Assembly (NCBI GenBank): GCA_964291655.2
Contig: OZ219801.1
Coordinates: 32,001 to 96,000, forward strand
Source of the DNA: Chloroflexota bacterium
GTDB taxonomy: Bacteria > Chloroflexota > UBA11872 > VXOZ01
Length of the DNA stretch: 64,000 bases
Reading direction: 5' to 3'
Part shown: in pieces, positions 60,334 through 64,000 of the stretch
How positions within the stretch are numbered: position 1 is the stretch's first letter
How the letters are laid out: every line of letters begins with the position of its first letter
Program-made: the position numbers and the translations under genes
The notes under the pieces: model-generated
Seen by the model: only the letters and a program-made list of their open reading frames with translations
What the model was told of the DNA's origin: nothing
The model's database searches: none

Positions 60334-61530
60334 ATGTTCTACCGAGATAAAATAATCAAGGCGCTCAACGACAAACGCGAGGCGCTGACACAGCTCGATC
60401 AAGAGCAACGGTTGCGACTGCAGGGGCTATTTGCGGCATGTGATTCACTTTCAGGCATGACCGCCGCTGAACTCCGCGAGCGGCTCGCGGCGGAAGCTGC
60501 GCCGGGCGCACTACCTACCGATGAATTTGACGAAGCCCCGGGAATTCGCATGCCGTTTTCGGAGACTTGGGACAACGTCGCCGCGATGCGCCACTGGGCG
60601 GCAGAGATTCTCGCGGATGTATCCGTATGCGCGGTCGACGGCAGCCAGTTGCCGGCCACCAAGGACTTTCCTTTGCCGGTAGCCGCCGTACAGATTGCCT
60701 GGTTCATCAACCCACACTCGTCCCGAGCTTCGTATGTGAAGGATGCGCACGTGGAAGTGCTGACGCCCCGCGATCTTGGAGACGATGATAGCGATGCGAA
60801 CACTTGGATCTCCCTGCGCCGCTACGAGCTTGAGGTTGCTCGCATCAACACCTTCATGCGTGAGCACCGCGAGCAAGGAGAACGGGCAGTAGCCCTCTTT
60901 GACGGCTCATTGACAGTCTCATTCGCCGGTCCTAAGCCTGAGGTGCGCGACCGCTACCGGGCCGCGGCTGTGAGTATGCTGCGAACTTCGGAAGAGTGCC
61001 GGGTGCCGCTGATCGCCTACATTGATCGGTCGCGCGCCCGTGACTTTGCACGGATGCTGTGTTATGTCCAAGGCAGCAGCCTCTTGAGCGCTTCACTTAT
61101 CAGCGATGCGGCGCTCTTGGACGGCCCGAGGAGCGATGACCGGCCATGGCGGCTGCCCGCGTTCTTTTGCCAGCGGCAGGATGTCGTGCAGGAAGGCAAC
61201 TACGCGGACCCTGAGACCGGCCGGAGCTACAGCAACGAAATTTGCTTTACGTACCTCAAGATCAATAGCGGACCACCGGCGCGGCTCGAATTTCCCGCCT
61301 GGCTGCTTCGCGCCGGTATGCTCGACCGCGTGATAGACTGGGTGCGAGCGGAGGCAATTGGCGGCGGCGGCTATCCCTATGCGATCCAAGCCGCTGACGC
61401 AGCCGCAGTGATTACGTTTGCAGACCGGCAACGGTACTTGCGTGCGCTTGAAGAATTCGGACGCCACCATGACATTCGCACGATGCTTGCGTCCGCAAAA
61501 CAGGCGAGCAAAGAGCGGCGCAGGGCATAA
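60334..61530 (+). CDS. nurA: NurA family 5'-3' nuclease
   Basis: AVDGSQ, LFDGSL, RLEFP, GYPY; context with Mre11, Rad50 and HerA. Confidence 0.85.
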   Translation: MFYRDKIIKALNDKREALTQLDQEQRLRLQGLFAACDSLSGMTAAELRERLAAEAAPGALPTDEFDEAPGIRMPFSETWDNVAAMRHWAAEILADVSVCAVDGSQLPATKDFPLPVAAVQIAWFINPHSSRASYVKDAHVEVLTPRDLGDDDSDANTWISLRRYELEVARINTFMREHREQGERAVALFDGSLTVSFAGPKPEVRDRYRAAAVSMLRTSEECRVPLIAYIDRSRARDFARMLCYVQGSSLLSASLISDAALLDGPRSDDRPWRLPAFFCQRQDVVQEGNYADPETGRSYSNEICFTYLKINSGPPARLEFPAWLLRAGMLDRVIDWVRAEAIGGGGYPYAIQAADAAAVITFADRQRYLRALEEFGRHHDIRTMLASAKQASKERRRA

Positions 61531-61542
61531 GGGGTTTCAGCC

Positions 61543-62139
61543 ATGCCAGTGATTGGACGTATCGTCAAGTCCAACTCCCATACCGACTACGTCTGCCAGG
61601 TCTTCGCCCCCCACGAAACGGATTACGATCCTGTACCTGAGGACTTCGCTTTCGGTCGCTTCGTGGTAACGCCAATTGATCCTGCGGGCGAACGAACGGC
61701 AGTGGGAATTGTGTACGACACCATTCTCCTCAATCCTGACTACGGCAGTGTCGGCCCCCGCCTGAATCCTCCCTCAGACCAAGTAATGCTTGCCCCCGAT
61801 TACTTGGTGGAAAAGGCCACCGCCGTCGGCATCATCATCGTAGGCTATCGGGACGAAGAGGCTAACGAACACGGCGTCATTCCGTACTCATTGCCCGTGG
61901 ATGCAGAAGTTGCCAGCATGAGTGATGTAGACACAAGGCGATTCCACAGAGTAGACGGACACCTTTCCCTCGGCTACCTTCCTCATCTCATCTCGCACCA
62001 GAGTCCTCTCGTCACAGAACTCGGCCTTGCCGTCATTCGCCAATTGCTCTCGCTTTTCCCCGAACCCGGTGACCAGCGCCTGCTGCGCACACTTGCCGCC
62101 CACTTCTCCTGGCAGGCAAGAGTTACACCGCTCGGCTAG
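61543..62139 (+). CDS. Stand-alone HAS-barrel-like protein
   Basis: IGRIVKS, FGRFVV, VGIVYD, IVGY, P...V pattern parallels the HerA N-terminal barrel; 12 nt after nurA. Confidence 0.6.
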   Translation: MPVIGRIVKSNSHTDYVCQVFAPHETDYDPVPEDFAFGRFVVTPIDPAGERTAVGIVYDTILLNPDYGSVGPRLNPPSDQVMLAPDYLVEKATAVGIIIVGYRDEEANEHGVIPYSLPVDAEVASMSDVDTRRFHRVDGHLSLGYLPHLISHQSPLVTELGLAVIRQLLSLFPEPGDQRLLRTLAAHFSWQARVTPLG

Positions 62140-62186
62140 CAGCATCTTGACGGATTCCGACACTACCCTGAAAACAGGCTGATTCA

Positions 62187-62244
62187 CTCCGGTAGCACAG
62201 ATTTGAAATCTGCGGCTCCGGTAGCGTAGGTTTCAAACCTGCGG
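62187..62244. repeat. Two tandem 29-nt GTAG-type REP-like palindromes
   Basis: CTCCGGTAGCACAGATTTGAAATCTGCGG and CTCCGGTAGCGTAGGTTTCAAACCTGCGG; second matches the reverse complement of 26694-26720 at 25/27. Confidence 0.8.
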
Positions 62245-62489
62245 CCACCGCCGCTATGCCAGCGCAAAGCCTGTCCGGGGACATTGATATAGGGGAAGCG
62301 GAGGCGCTGGCAAGCCCCGGGGCACGCTTGCGGGAGTGATGACTTTGCCGGTAGTCCCTTTACCTCGTGGGTCGCGTTGAGTAGGAATGCCTGGAACGGT
62401 TCAGACATCCCTTTTGCGGTACGGTAGCTCTGGTACACTTAGGTAGAATTTCTATTCCCATCCTTCAGAGAACATAAGGTGATTGGCGC

Positions 62490-63257
62490 ATGCGCGAAAA
62501 CCCGGTCAAGCAGCTTCTTAGCGCGGGGAAACCCGCAATCGGCACCTGGCTTACCCTTGGCGACCCGCTGGCGACGGAATCTCTGGCGCACATGGCATTT
62601 GACTGGCTCAACGTCGATATGGAGCATGGTTCCATTGACGTGCGTGATACCCGCGCCCTGTTTCAGGTCATCAATACAACTGATGTCGTGCCAACCGCTC
62701 GCGTACCCTGGAACGACCACGTGTGGATTAAGCGTGTGCTCGATGCCGGCGCATACGGCGTCGTAGTGCCGATGGTGCGCACGCGCGATGAGGCTGAGCG
62801 GGCCGTTGCGGCATGCCACTATCCTCCTGCCGGCATTCGCAGCATCGGCAGCGGGCGCAATCACTATGCCTTCCGCACAACACAAGCCGCGTATTTGGAG
62901 CATGCCAACGATCAGCTTCTCGTAGTCATTCAGATCGAGCACGCCGATGCCATACGGCGGCTCGACGATATCCTCAGCGTCCCCGGCATCGACGCCGCTT
63001 TCATCGGGCCGAACGATCTCTGTGCCTCTTTGGGCCTGCCGCCCAGCACCGATAGCAATCATCCGGACTTCGAAGCTGCCATTAGCCAGGTCGTATCGGT
63101 AGCTCAAAAGTACGGCGTGGCTCCCGGTATTCATACCAGCTCCGGCCACGCGCTGAACATGCGGCTCGAGCAAGGCTTCCGCTACATGGGCCTAGCCAAC
63201 GACCAGAGGCTTCTCATCAAGGGCGCAACCGATGAACTGGACATTGTCCGGCGGTAG
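62490..63257 (+). CDS. HpcH/HpaI aldolase family protein
   Basis: DWLNVDMEH, RVP, VLDAGA, QIE, FIGPNDL. Confidence 0.92.
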   Translation: MRENPVKQLLSAGKPAIGTWLTLGDPLATESLAHMAFDWLNVDMEHGSIDVRDTRALFQVINTTDVVPTARVPWNDHVWIKRVLDAGAYGVVVPMVRTRDEAERAVAACHYPPAGIRSIGSGRNHYAFRTTQAAYLEHANDQLLVVIQIEHADAIRRLDDILSVPGIDAAFIGPNDLCASLGLPPSTDSNHPDFEAAISQVVSVAQKYGVAPGIHTSSGHALNMRLEQGFRYMGLANDQRLLIKGATDELDIVRR

Positions 63258-63342
63258 CAATAGGCGACGAGACACTTTGGTAGCTGCCGCTACGGCCAAC
63301 CCTGGAATGGACAGCGAGCATCACAACTAAGAGCGCAGACCG

Positions 63343-64000
63343 ATGATCATTGGCATTGCCAAGGGACCCGGCGAAACACCGAACGAGTATACATTCGTCA
63401 CCCCTGATACCGAACGGCGGGTAAAGACGAGCGAGTTCGTCTATTACGAAGCCGAGGTTGACGGCACGCAGCGTCAAATACTCGGACGTGTGATACGGCG
63501 GGTACCGCTGCGACTCTATCCGGATTCCTTCCTCGCCCATCCGGAAGTTGACCCGGCGCAAATGGCAGCGCTCGTCGGCTACCACAGTTCTTCCGAGCTG
63601 TCCCCGAATGGCACGGTTGGACCCGATACTGCCTCTGACGAACTCTTCGAAATCCACGTCAGCATCATGGGCTACCACGATGCGCAGTTGAGCGCCTTCG
63701 TCAACCCGCGCATCCCGCCGCGCATTGGCTGGAAAATCTACCTGGCACCGGACGACGCGCTCGCAGCGGTGTTGAATCGAGTCGTGTTTGACCGCAATAT
63801 TGGCGAAGCAGAGCGAGGCGGTGCATTTGTCGGGTCTTTACTCTCCCGTCCCGCCTTCAACCCGAAAGCAGATATCACCGAGGGAGTGCCGGTGGTATTG
63901 GATGTCCGTTCCATAACGGCAACGCACATGGCAATCATCGCCGGTACCGGCGCGGGCAAAAGTTATCTTGCCTCCGTTCTGATCGAAGAGATGATGAAGT
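63343..64000 (+). CDS. herA: HerA-like ATPase (HAS barrel plus P-loop), truncated by the window end
   Basis: Manual translation MIIGIAKGPG...EFVYY...ILGRV...MGY...NPRIPP.IG...THMAIIAGTGAGKSY; absent from the ORF track because it has no stop in the window. Confidence 0.85.
   Translation, partial: MIIGIAKGPGETPNEYTFVTPDTERRVKTSEFVYYEAEVDGTQRQILGRVIRRVPLRLYPDSFLAHPEVDPAQMAALVGYHSSSELSPNGTVGPDTASDELFEIHVSIMGYHDAQLSAFVNPRIPPRIGWKIYLAPDDALAAVLNRVVFDRNIGEAERGGAFVGSLLSRPAFNPKADITEGVPVVLDVRSITATHMAIIAGTGAGKSYLASVLIEEMMK

Noticed and set aside
62260-62420. Assignment as 6S RNA or c-di-GMP-I riboswitch
   Set aside because: Only short matches (GCAAAGCC, CCTG..GGTTCAG); the expected overall fold is not evident. 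Kept as an unassigned candidate.

Overview
Gene-dense, GC-rich bacterial chromosomal window, probably from a Chloroflexota member (inference from gene content: ObgE with C-terminal extension, acyP-FecR-like-acpS-nnr cluster, split MetE, NurA/HerA locus, many catabolic oxidoreductase paralogues). Main contents: (1) a selenocysteine formate dehydrogenase locus (mobA, catalytic subunit with in-frame TGA plus SECIS, NuoE-NuoF fusion with a premature TAA, Fe-S subunit, fdhD); (2) an archaeal-style DNA end-resection locus (Mre11/SbcD, Rad50/SbcC, NurA, stand-alone HAS-barrel-like protein, HerA cut by the window end) interrupted by REP-like repeats and an aldolase; (3) an ECF sigma factor fused to a transmembrane helix and a beta-propeller; (4) an IS1182 element inserted in a palindrome loop inside a candidate MITE; (5) three families of short palindromic repeats; (6) a toxin-antitoxin islet (hicA pseudogene, hicB, HEPN-MNT); (7) many sugar/organic-acid catabolic and housekeeping genes. 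No rRNA, tRNA or CRISPR array was recognised. All product calls come from visual motif recognition, not database searches.
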